Source of the DNA: Actinomycetes bacterium
GTDB taxonomy: Bacteria > Actinomycetota > Acidimicrobiia > Acidimicrobiales > JAAEMS01
DNA: 64,000 nucleotides
Direction: 5' to 3'
Assembly: GCA_024225275.1 (NCBI GenBank)
Contig: JAAEMS010000170.1
Location: 2,592 to 66,591 of the forward strand
A program made the translations under genes and the position numbers. Below are positions 53,968 to 62,170 of the stretch, in pieces. Under the pieces are notes generated by a model. It searched no databases. It was given only the letters and a program-made list of their open reading frames with translations, and was not told the origin of the DNA. Numbering within the stretch: position 1 is the first letter of the stretch; each line of letters opens with the position of its first letter.

Positions 53968-55243
53968 GTACGAGGGCGAGGTCCTCGAGTCGCTGCTCAC
54001 CCAGGTGCGGGCCGAGCACGGTCCCCACGTCGAGATCATCGAGGCCGAGAAGGTCCGGCTGGGCGGTATCGGAGGGTTCTTCGCCCGCGAAGGGTTCGCC
54101 CTGACCGTCGACGTGCCCGATCCCGGACCGGAGCCGGTCAAGACCACCCCGGTCAGATCATCCCTCGCCGAACGGGCCGACGAGACCGACGACTCCATCG
54201 CCCTCGGGCCGGCCCCCGAGATCACCAGCTCGCGGCCCGGAGTTCCTTCGATCGGGGACCGCTCGATCGTCACCCACCAGCCCACGAACGGCCGCCTCCT
54301 CCAAGGGCAGGGTGGTCTGGGGGCCGCTCCCGTGCCGGCACCCACCGGCCGGGTGGCCGCCATCGATGCCTTACTCAATCGGGCTGACGAGATCAGTCTG
54401 CGGGAACGCACCAGCTCCGGTGACCCCGTGGTGCAGAGCGACAACACCCTCTCCGGTGACGCCGCCCACTTCCGCGACGTCCTGCGCCATTCCCTCGAGG
54501 AGGCCGCCCGGACCGAGAGCGCCTCCTCGGGTGTCGACGTTGCGCCCAGGCCCGGCACGGACCCGGCTCCCCTCTCCTCTCCCCCGCAGCCGAGCCCTCG
54601 GCCCACCCCGGGAACCGACATCCATCCCCTGGCTGGCTGGTCCCGCCAGACCCCGGACACCGGCGACCGGTCCGTCCGCAGCCTCGTCGGCCGGCTGACC
54701 GAGATCCGCGAGGCCCTCGAACAGCGAGGACCTGACCGGCAGGTCCGGGTGACTGCTGTCCTCGGTGAGGCAACCGTCGGCCTCCGGGCCGCCCGTCGCA
54801 TCGCGGTGGAGGCCGGTCTGCCGCCCGACTCGGTCGTGGTGGGCCAGCCCCTCGACCGCAGCTTCGGGGTCAGGACCTGGAACCTGGCGCCCGGGATCCC
54901 CCAGATGATCGAAAGGAGCCGTCACTGGCGGGCGAACGCTGAGCGGGCCGTGGTCCTGCTGCCCATCAGCGATCTCTCGCCCGCGTCGATCGAGCTCACC
55001 CGCAGCCTCCTCGACGCCATGGCCCCTGATGAGGTTCGGTTGGTCGTGCCCGGTACTCCGCCGTCCTTCCAGCTGGCCAACCTGGCCGCAGAACTGGGGC
55101 GCATCGATGTCCTGGACCTGATCGAGGTCGATGACGCCGCGGGCGTGCTCGACCTGGTGGCCAACGGCTACGAGGTCGGGTCGATCGAAGGTGAGCGGGT
55201 CGACGCCAGCCTCCTCGTCGCCATTGAAGGGCTGGCCCGCTGA
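53954..55243 (+). CDS. FlhF-like protein with degenerate (apparently non-catalytic) SRP-GTPase domain
   Basis: The N terminus YEGEVLESLLTQVRAEHGPHVEIIEAEKV resembles the FlhF B-domain start. A Pro-rich linker follows. The C-terminal domain has FlhF topology, but G1 reads VLGEATVGLR (no GK[ST]), the DTAG position reads LLPIS, and the TKLDE position reads IEVDD. There is no Lys anywhere in the last approximately 170 aa. Confidence 0.6.
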   Translation: MPQHRYEGEVLESLLTQVRAEHGPHVEIIEAEKVRLGGIGGFFAREGFALTVDVPDPGPEPVKTTPVRSSLAERADETDDSIALGPAPEITSSRPGVPSIGDRSIVTHQPTNGRLLQGQGGLGAAPVPAPTGRVAAIDALLNRADEISLRERTSSGDPVVQSDNTLSGDAAHFRDVLRHSLEEAARTESASSGVDVAPRPGTDPAPLSSPPQPSPRPTPGTDIHPLAGWSRQTPDTGDRSVRSLVGRLTEIREALEQRGPDRQVRVTAVLGEATVGLRAARRIAVEAGLPPDSVVVGQPLDRSFGVRTWNLAPGIPQMIERSRHWRANAERAVVLLPISDLSPASIELTRSLLDAMAPDEVRLVVPGTPPSFQLANLAAELGRIDVLDLIEVDDAAGVLDLVANGYEVGSIEGERVDASLLVAIEGLAR

Positions 55244-55635
55244 TGGCCGAGTCCACCGAAGACGAGGACACCGACGAGCCCGACGACGGCGACGACCCGG
55301 TAGCCGAGCAGATGGCCAAAGGCTCGGTTCGGTTGGAGGTCGTCTCCGACCCCGACCAGTTGGCGCTGGCCACCCGGTCGACCCGGTTGGCGGCCGGAAT
55401 GTTCATGGGCACCCTGCTCGGCCTGCCCCAGATCATCGACGCCGCCACCGGCCACGCGGCCTTTGAAGCCACCATGGTTCGGCTCCTGATGTTGCTCGCC
55501 GTGTCGGTGGGCGCCAGTCTCGGACTTGGCTCCCTGTTCGATTCCCTGACCCATGAGGTGTCCAGCCCGGACGCGACACCCCCACCTGTCGCGGCGATGA
55601 CCGACGACCCAGATCCCAGCGAGCGAGAGGCCTGA
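55243..55635 (+). CDS. Hypothetical acidic-N-terminus membrane protein (130 aa), translationally coupled to the flhF-like gene
   Basis: The start overlaps the upstream stop (TGATG). The N terminus is MAESTEDEDTDEPDDGDDP, followed by two hydrophobic helices (LAAGMFMGTLLGLPQII and LLMLLAVSVGASLGLGSLF). I recognise no family. Confidence 0.5.
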   Translation: MAESTEDEDTDEPDDGDDPVAEQMAKGSVRLEVVSDPDQLALATRSTRLAAGMFMGTLLGLPQIIDAATGHAAFEATMVRLLMLLAVSVGASLGLGSLFDSLTHEVSSPDATPPPVAAMTDDPDPSEREA

Positions 55636-55642
55636 GAGTAGA

Positions 55643-56080
55643 GTGACTTCCATGCAGGTGGAATCGGCCCAATTCGGGATCCTCGAGGTGGCTGACGACG
55701 ACATCGTCGTTTTCGAAGGGGGTCTCCTCGGCTTCCCCGGATCGAGCCGGTTCCTGATGATCGAGGCTGATCGCCCCGGGTACCTGTGGCTGCAGAGCAT
55801 CGATGAACCCCAGCTGTCGTTCCTGGCCACTCACCCCTGGGACTTCTTCCCCGACTACGAGTTCGAGCTGACCGACGAGGACCAGGCCGATCTCGAGATC
55901 GCCACCCTCGAGAACGCTGACGTCCTGTGCCTGCTGTCGATTCACGACGACACCGATGGCATGGCCGTGACGATCAACCTCCTCGGCCCCCTGGTGATCA
56001 ACACCATCAACCGTCAGGGCCGCCAGGTCGTGCTCAGCGGTTCCGACTACGAGGCCAGCGCCCCTCTGGTGGCTGCCTGA
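55643..56080 (+). CDS. fliW: Flagellar assembly factor FliW (CsrA antagonist)
   Basis: MQVESAQFGILEVADDDIVVFEGGLLGFPG...FLMIE...WLQS...INLLGPLVIN matches the FliW family. An alternative start is ATG 55652. Confidence 0.9.
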   Translation: MTSMQVESAQFGILEVADDDIVVFEGGLLGFPGSSRFLMIEADRPGYLWLQSIDEPQLSFLATHPWDFFPDYEFELTDEDQADLEIATLENADVLCLLSIHDDTDGMAVTINLLGPLVINTINRQGRQVVLSGSDYEASAPLVAA

Positions 56081-56322
56081 TGCTGGTTCTCAGTCGCCGA
56101 GCCAACCAGTCGATCGTCATCGGCGACAACATCACGATCACCGTGATCGAGATCCGCAACGACCAGGTCCGCCTCGGCATCACCGCCCCCCGCGAGATCC
56201 GGGTTCACCGCGAGGAAGTGGCCGCCGAGATCCGGGCCGCCAACCAGCGGGCGGCCTCGACCGGGACCAAGGTCACCAAGGACCTTCCCCTCCCTCCGAC
56301 CTTTCCCCGTCCCAAGCAGTAG
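56080..56322 (+). CDS. csrA: Carbon storage regulator CsrA (flagellar type)
   Basis: MLVLSRRANQSIVIGDNITITVIEIRNDQVRLGITAPREIRVHREEV. The ATG overlaps the fliW TGA. Confidence 0.95.
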   Translation: MLVLSRRANQSIVIGDNITITVIEIRNDQVRLGITAPREIRVHREEVAAEIRAANQRAASTGTKVTKDLPLPPTFPRPKQ

Positions 56323-56326
56323 CCGG

Positions 56327-56725
56327 TCAGGCCAGGGCGGCCCGGAAACGCTCGACCAGGTGGGTTCCGTCGCGAGGCGGAACGACCTGGGTCGGGATGT
56401 CGGTACTCACCTTCACGACCACCAGGGCCAGGCTGATCATCACCGCGACTCCCCATCGCCGACGAACTGCTTCACGCCCCATGGTCACGATGAGCAGGGC
56501 CGGCACCTGACAGCTGGCCAGCAGGGACAACATATTGATGCAGTCGCCCACCCCGCTCGACTGCATGAGGACCGCGCCCCGGCTGCCACCCAGCCAACCA
56601 CCGGTCACCAGGGCGATGCCCTCCTCTTCGGTGGTCAGAGAGACACAGTCGATGGCCGGATCCCGCTCGCAGCACCCGATGAGATGTTTGAGCCCACCGT
56701 CGGGCACATGCCCGACCAGGGTCAC
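56327..56725 (-). CDS. Sulfopyruvate/phosphonopyruvate decarboxylase alpha-like TPP (PYR) domain protein; possibly a frameshifted remnant
   Basis: VPDGGLKHLI, SLTTEEEGIALVTGGWLGG and AVLMQSSGVGDCINMLSLL fit the ComD/Ppd N-terminal domain. The expected RGE..GE..Q..MG segment after IVTMG is not recognisable. A likely N-terminal helix lies in another frame (see findings). Confidence 0.5.
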   Translation of the reverse strand: MTLVGHVPDGGLKHLIGCCERDPAIDCVSLTTEEEGIALVTGGWLGGSRGAVLMQSSGVGDCINMLSLLASCQVPALLIVTMGREAVRRRWGVAVMISLALVVVKVSTDIPTQVVPPRDGTHLVERFRAALA

Positions 56726-56773
56726 CCCGGAGGGCCTGGTGGGTCGGCTCGACCCACGCCGGGGCCAAATCGC

Positions 56774-58219
56774 TCACTGGTCGATACCACCGATGCAGAG
56801 GTACTTGTCCTCGAGGTACTCGTCCATGCCCTGGTGGCCGCCCTCGCGGCCCACGCCCGACTCCTTGACACCGCCGAAGGGAACGACCTCGGACGAGATG
56901 GCACCGGTGTTGATGCCAACCATCCCGTAGTCGAGGCCTTCGGCCACCCGCCAAATCCGACCGTTGTCGCGGCTGTAGAAGTAGGCCGCCAACCCGAACG
57001 GGGTGGCGTTGGCCAGCCGGACGGCTTCGTCTTCGGTCGAGAACCGGAACACGGGGGCCACCGGGCCGAAGATCTCCTCACTGCTGATCGTCATGTCGGT
57101 GGTGACGCCGGTGAGCACGGTGGGCTGGTAGAAGCTACCTCCCAGCTCGTGACGGGATCCGCCGGCCACCACCTCGGCGCCGGCCCCCACCGCGTCTGAC
57201 ACCAGCCGTTCGACCTTGGCTGCCCCTTGCTCATTGATGAGCGGACCGATGGTGACCCCGTCGGCGTCGCCCGGGCCGACCACCAGGTCGGCCACCGCGT
57301 CCCGGAGTCGGGCCACGAAGGTGTCGTGGATCCCGTCCTGGACCAGCAGCCGATTGGCGCAGACACAGGTCTGGCCGCCGTTGCGGTACTTCGACACCAT
57401 GGCTCCTTCGACCGCGGCGTCGACATCGGCATCGTCGAACACGATGAAAGGAGCGTTACCGCCCAACTCGAGTCCGACCTTCTTGACCGTGTCGGCGCTC
57501 TGACCCATGAGCAGCTTGCCCACGTCGGTCGAGCCGGTGAAGGACAGGGCCCGCACCCGAGGGTCACCGGTGAGCACGCCGCCCACTTCGGCCGGGGCGT
57601 CGGCGGTGACCACGTTGAGCACGCCGGGCGGGAGGCCCGCATCCTCGGCCAGCGCGGCGATGGCCAGGGCGCACAGCGGAGTGTCCTGGGCCGGCTTCAC
57701 GACCACGGTGCAGCCCACGGCCACTGCCGGTGCCACCTTGCGGGTGATCATCGCGATCGGGAAGTTCCAGGGGGTGATCATGGCTGCTACCCCGACCGGC
57801 TGTCGGAGTACGACGATGCGCTTGTCCGGGGCGAAGGTGGGAATGGTCTCACCGTTGACCCGCTTGCCTTCCTCGGCAAACCACTCGATGAAGGACGCCC
57901 CGTAGGTGACCTCACCCCGCGACTCGGCCAGCGGCTTGCCCTGCTCGGCCGTCATGAGCTGGGCCAGCTCCTCGGTGTGCTCGAGGAGCAGGTCGTACCA
58001 GCGGCGCAAGACGGCGGCCCGGTCCTTGCCGGTGCGCGCCGCCCAGGCGGGGAAGGCCGCGTGGGCCGCGGTGACCGCGGCGGCGGCCTCGTCGGCGCCC
58101 ATGTCGGGCACGGAGCCGATGAGGCGTCCGTCGGCCGGCGAGCGACTGTCGAAGGTGGCGCCCCTGTTGGCGGTCAGCCACTGGCCGCCGATCAGGGCAC
58201 GGTCTCGGATCAAGTCCAT
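56774..58219 (-). CDS. gabD: NAD(P)+-dependent succinate-semialdehyde/aldehyde dehydrogenase
   Basis: ITPWNFP, FTGSTDVGKLL, LELGGNAPFIVFDDADVD, GQTCVCANRLLV and EEIFGPV are ALDH catalytic Cys/Glu motifs with the GabD-like N terminus LIGGQWL. I chose ATG 58219, which overlaps the end of the upstream gene by 10 nt. Confidence 0.88.
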   Translation of the reverse strand: MDLIRDRALIGGQWLTANRGATFDSRSPADGRLIGSVPDMGADEAAAAVTAAHAAFPAWAARTGKDRAAVLRRWYDLLLEHTEELAQLMTAEQGKPLAESRGEVTYGASFIEWFAEEGKRVNGETIPTFAPDKRIVVLRQPVGVAAMITPWNFPIAMITRKVAPAVAVGCTVVVKPAQDTPLCALAIAALAEDAGLPPGVLNVVTADAPAEVGGVLTGDPRVRALSFTGSTDVGKLLMGQSADTVKKVGLELGGNAPFIVFDDADVDAAVEGAMVSKYRNGGQTCVCANRLLVQDGIHDTFVARLRDAVADLVVGPGDADGVTIGPLINEQGAAKVERLVSDAVGAGAEVVAGGSRHELGGSFYQPTVLTGVTTDMTISSEEIFGPVAPVFRFSTEDEAVRLANATPFGLAAYFYSRDNGRIWRVAEGLDYGMVGINTGAISSEVVPFGGVKESGVGREGGHQGMDEYLEDKYLCIGGIDQ

Positions 58220-59058
58220 GGCGCCAAATCTCCTGCCGTGGCTTCGATCCAGGCCAACCACTCGTCGACCGTATCGCCCCGTGGGGTGAGGATGAGCCGT
58301 TCGACGCCCAGGGCCGCGTAGGCCTCGACCCGCTCGGGCGTGACCCGGCCCCGCGGCGTGACGCTGATCTCGAGGTCGCCCAGATCAGGAGGCCGCTCGT
58401 GCTCGTCGGCCGCGGCCGCCAGACCGGCCATACACGCTTCGGTGGCCTCCACGGTGAGGGCGTAGCCGTACCAGCCTTCGCACATCGTGACCGCCCGACG
58501 GTAGGCGGGGGCCGAGTGCCCGCCCATATGGACCGGTGGGCCCGGCTGCTGGACGGGGCGGGGGTGGGCCTGCACGGCCGAGTAGTCGACGAAGCGGCCG
58601 TGGTACTCGGGACTGTCCATGCTCCAGATGGCCCGCATGGCCTCGATGTACTCGACCGTGCGGGCCCCTCGGTCCTCCATGGGGATACCGAGGGCGTCGA
58701 ACTCGGCTCCCAGGTACCCCAAGCCGACCCCGAACTGGAGGCGACCCTCCGACAGAACATCGACACTGGCCAGTTCCTTGGCCAGCACCAACGGGTTGCG
58801 CTGGGGAAGGATGATGATGCCGGTCCCGAGCTTGATGGTCGAGGTGTGGGCCGCGGCATGGGCCAAGGCCACCGCGGGATCGAGCATGGCGGCCTCGGGG
58901 GGTAGGGGCGATGGCGGGGCCTGGGGGTCGGGCAGCACGACATGCTCGCCCGTCCACACCGAATCGAACCCCGCAGCCTCAGCCGCCGGTGCCAGGCGAG
59001 CAATCGCCCCCGGCTGCGCCCCTACTCCCATATTGATGCTGAACATCCCGATCTTCAT
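58210..59058 (-). CDS. LLM-class (luciferase-like) F420-dependent oxidoreductase
   Basis: MKIGMFSINMG...AEAAGFDSVWTGEHVVLP and LGTGIIILPQRNPLVLAKELASVD are typical of the LLM family. Confidence 0.82.
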   Translation of the reverse strand: MKIGMFSINMGVGAQPGAIARLAPAAEAAGFDSVWTGEHVVLPDPQAPPSPLPPEAAMLDPAVALAHAAAHTSTIKLGTGIIILPQRNPLVLAKELASVDVLSEGRLQFGVGLGYLGAEFDALGIPMEDRGARTVEYIEAMRAIWSMDSPEYHGRFVDYSAVQAHPRPVQQPGPPVHMGGHSAPAYRRAVTMCEGWYGYALTVEATEACMAGLAAAADEHERPPDLGDLEISVTPRGRVTPERVEAYAALGVERLILTPRGDTVDEWLAWIEATAGDLAPWT

Positions 59059-59150
59059 GCAGAGAAGCTATTCGATCTGGACCACCCCTTCCGGCGTGTC
59101 GCACCGAAGCGCCACCCATTGCCGAGATCGGAACACCATCTGGCGGCAGC

Positions 59151-59951
59151 TCAAGCAGGGGCGGGGTTGAGCAAAGCCAACTGCCGCGCCTGGGCCACGA
59201 GGCGGTCGTTCTCGTCCCACATGCGGCAGTCCTCGATGAGTAGGCCGTTGTGGAGGTCGGTGGTGACCAGGTGGGCCTTGATCCAGCCAGGCGCGGGAGA
59301 TCGGCGGACGTGGACGGTGAGTTCCAGGGTGGGTACCCATCCGATCCGTCCGAAGCGGGTGAAGACAGATGGCGGGAAGGCGTCGGCCAGGAGCACCAGA
59401 CCGAGGGAGTCGATGGGGCGACCGTCACCGAAACGAATCCAGCCTCTGACTTCGGCCTCGTCGAGGGTGCCGGGCTGGGCGATATCGGGGTGGACGACGG
59501 CCTCCACTCGATCGAGGATCGGCAGATGGACACCCTGCTCGAGGCTGGCCCGAGCGACACATTCGTTGGGGGGTGGCAGATCGGGAGGCGGGTTGGCGGT
59601 CAGCTCGCGATCGTCACCGGCTGTCGACAGGTCGCCGAAGGTGGCGAGCATCAGGAGACGGGGGCGCTCGTCCTGGATCAAGCGACCAGTGGCGTTGGAG
59701 GTCCGGCGCCCCGCCCGCACAGCCTCGACCTCGAGGTTGGCGTCGCCTGATCGGGGCGGACGCAGGTAGTGGGTCGTCACCGATAGGGGGTCGGGGTGGG
59801 GCACCTCGGCCAGGAGCGACTTGAGCACCAGCGCCGCCACATAGCCACCGTTGGGGTTCTCGCCGATGTTCCAATGGGGCGATACGTCGGCCCTCCACCG
59901 CCCTCGCCCCGCAGGGGTGATGTTCGTCTCTCGATCCAGCTGGTAGGTCAC
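59151..59951 (-). CDS. Thioesterase-superfamily (TesB-like double hot-dog) protein
   Basis: NPNGGYVAALVLKSL and the C-terminal LHNGLLIEDCRMWDENDRLVAQARQLAL resemble acyl-CoA thioesterase-like proteins. Confidence 0.65.
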   Translation of the reverse strand: MTYQLDRETNITPAGRGRWRADVSPHWNIGENPNGGYVAALVLKSLLAEVPHPDPLSVTTHYLRPPRSGDANLEVEAVRAGRRTSNATGRLIQDERPRLLMLATFGDLSTAGDDRELTANPPPDLPPPNECVARASLEQGVHLPILDRVEAVVHPDIAQPGTLDEAEVRGWIRFGDGRPIDSLGLVLLADAFPPSVFTRFGRIGWVPTLELTVHVRRSPAPGWIKAHLVTTDLHNGLLIEDCRMWDENDRLVAQARQLALLNPAPA

Positions 59952-60129
59952 GGCCGTCGAGTCTGGCCCCGTTGGGCCGTCCCAGTCGAGCTGTCATACG
60001 GGCGATCTGGCCGGGGGCGGACGGGACGGTGAGCAGCCAGATGGAGATCGGGCCCGTGACCTGACCATTGACCCGCTCGGCGGTCATGGGCCCCAGCCGA
60101 TGGAACACCTGTCCTGGAGCCCTACCCAG

Positions 60130-60438
60130 TCAGGGGTGGAGGTCCCCGGACTCAACCAACCTCGGAAACTCGGCGATGTAGGCAGACAGGCTGAGCCCGA
60201 AGATCTCACGGTACAACTCGTCGATCGACTGTCCCTCGTCGGCCAGATAGCGATCGACCAGGTGCCGACAACGTCCTCGTCTGAGCCGGGGTTGTCGCAC
60301 CGGAATCGGCGGGTAGCGCTGAGGATGGCACGCCGCAGCCAGTGGATAGGCGACGTACATGCCCCATTCGTCAGCGGGCAGCCCCGCCCGTTCGATCAGA
60401 CGCAGCACCATCTGCTGTTGGGCACAGGTTCGCAACAT
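60130..60438 (-). CDS. Hypothetical protein (about 102 aa)
   Basis: The ORF has moderate third-position GC and no recognisable motif. I chose the internal ATG 60438 because the longer track ORF would overlap the end of the upstream gene and the repeat. Confidence 0.3.
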   Translation of the reverse strand: MLRTCAQQQMVLRLIERAGLPADEWGMYVAYPLAAACHPQRYPPIPVRQPRLRRGRCRHLVDRYLADEGQSIDELYREIFGLSLSAYIAEFPRLVESGDLHP

Positions 60439-60536
60439 GTCCTGCCTCCGGGAGTCAGTTCGCCCGTCATCGTTGACGCACAACACCGGTGGGAAGTCGC
60501 GGCAATCACCCCCAACAAGCCAAACAACCCACAAAT

Positions 60537-60579
60537 TCAATCGGCGTCGGCCTTGCCCTGACTCAATCGGCGTCGGCCT
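60537..60579. repeat. 17-bp direct repeat (26-bp period) duplicating the 3' end and stop codon of the glycosyltransferase gene
   Basis: tcaatcggcgtcggcct occurs at 60537-60553 and 60563-60579. The second copy encodes the C-terminal EADAD plus the stop. Confidence 0.9.
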
Positions 60580-61774
60580 CGACAGCCTCGAGGAGGCGTT
60601 CGAACACATCGGGTATCGCACTGGTGACCCGGCTCCAGCTGGCGATGAACGGGGTTTCCATCGGATTCTCGAGGAACGCCGACCCGGCCTCCATGACCGC
60701 CCGGGCGAACAACTCGACCGCTTCCTCCTCGCGATGACGATCGAACCCGAGGCCGTTCAGGACGGCATCGTTGTGATACTGATCGACCAGATCGAGGGCG
60801 CCCCGGTAGTACGACGCCTTGAGCATCCGGAAGGTGGCCGTGGTGAACACCTCACCGTCCACCGCCAGCTTTCGAAAGAGCGCCTTGGTGATGTCGATGG
60901 CCATCTTGTGGAGCCCACTGTCGGGGTCGTGGGCCGATAGCTCCCGGTGCTTGTGGTCGTAGGCGTCGGCGATGTCGATCTGGCAGATGCGTCGCGGGGT
61001 GTAGCGCCGGTACACCTCTGACAGCAGCCCGATCTCGAGACCCCAATCGCTGGGGATGCGCAGGTTGTGCACCACATCGGACCGCATGGCGAACTCGCCA
61101 GCCAGGGGATAGCGGAAGGCGTCGAGGTACTCGAGGTAGTCATTGGCCCCGAGGGTGTCTCGCAGGGCCCGGATGAGGGGGCTGACCAGCAGTCGGGAGA
61201 CCCGCCCGTTCAGCTGGGCCCCGTCGGAGCGGTAGTAGTACCCCTTCCCGAAGGCGTACCCGAAGCTGGGGTGGGCCACGGGGTAGAGCAGGCGGGCCAG
61301 CATGTCGCGCGAATAGCCGACGATGTCGGCGTCGTGGGTGGCCACCACCGAGCCGCGACCCCGGGCCAGGAAGTAGCCGAGGCAGTACCAGACATTGCGG
61401 CCCTTGCCCTCGTGGCGGGGGGCGATGCCTTCCTTCTGGAGCTCCTGATCGAGCTCGCGCAGAAGGGGCCCATCGTTCCACAGGAGTCGGTGACCCTGAG
61501 GGAGCCGGGTGAAGAACCGCTTGGCATCGGCGAACTGGGCGGCGTCGGCCCGGTCGATCCCGACGATCACCTCATCGAGGTATGGAACCCGGGCGAGCTC
61601 GTTGACGATGGTGTTCATCGCCGGTCGTTCCAGCTCGCGATACAGCGACGGGATGACCAGAGCCAGCGGTGTGGAGACCGACCACTCGGCCAGGTCGGCC
61701 TCGAGCTCGGCGGTGGGTCGGTCGGACAGTCGGTGGAGGGTGGCTATGGGCCCGTTCTGGAAGAAATCAGCCAT
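60563..61774 (-). CDS. GT-A fold glycosyltransferase, glucosyl-3-phosphoglycerate-synthase-like
   Basis: N terminus MADFFQNGPIATLHRL, then LALVIPSLYRE, GKGRNVWYCLGYFLARG and VATHDADIVGY (DxD-type). The specific function is inferred from memory of GpgS-like N termini. Confidence 0.6.
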   Translation of the reverse strand: MADFFQNGPIATLHRLSDRPTAELEADLAEWSVSTPLALVIPSLYRELERPAMNTIVNELARVPYLDEVIVGIDRADAAQFADAKRFFTRLPQGHRLLWNDGPLLRELDQELQKEGIAPRHEGKGRNVWYCLGYFLARGRGSVVATHDADIVGYSRDMLARLLYPVAHPSFGYAFGKGYYYRSDGAQLNGRVSRLLVSPLIRALRDTLGANDYLEYLDAFRYPLAGEFAMRSDVVHNLRIPSDWGLEIGLLSEVYRRYTPRRICQIDIADAYDHKHRELSAHDPDSGLHKMAIDITKALFRKLAVDGEVFTTATFRMLKASYYRGALDLVDQYHNDAVLNGLGFDRHREEEAVELFARAVMEAGSAFLENPMETPFIASWSRVTSAIPDVFERLLEAVEADAD

Positions 61775-61869
61775 GCCGCCCGGCCCCCGGACGCGACAAC
61801 GCCGCCGGCCCAAATGAGCCGACGGCGCCGTTCAAGAGTTAGTTGCGTACCGAATCGGCCGAGGCCAGT

Positions 61870-62070
61870 TCAGACCGCCCGGACGTTCTGGGCTTCGTCG
61901 CCCTTGCGGCCGGGACCGATGTCGAATTCGACCCGCTGTCCTTCTTCCAGGTTGCGGTAGCCCGAACCCTCGATGTTCGAATAGTGGACGAACACGTCTT
62001 CGCCGTCTTCACGGGAGATGAAGCCGTAGCCCTTCTCCGAGTTGAAGAACTTGACGGTGCCTGTAGCCAT
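61870..62070 (-). CDS. cspA: Cold-shock protein (CspA family)
   Basis: [33 protein letters not shown] carries the RNP1 and RNP2 motifs. Confidence 0.97.
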   Translation of the reverse strand: MATGTVKFFNSEKGYGFISREDGEDVFVHYSNIEGSGYRNLEEGQRVEFDIGPGRKGDEAQNVRAV

Positions 62071-62170
62071 TGATCTTTCCTTCTTGTTTCTACGGCCGGG
62101 CCGACGTGACTCGATCGCACCCCTAACCGTATTGGGTACGGAGGCCAGAACCTCCCTGCGACTTCGAGGA

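Noticed and set aside
53830-54801. 323-aa minus-strand ORF opposite the flhF-like gene, plus other shadow ORFs (57912-59003, 9159-10427, 11188-12189)
   Set aside because: Their Arg/Ser/Pro-rich composition shows no domain signatures, and each lies antisense to a better-supported gene.
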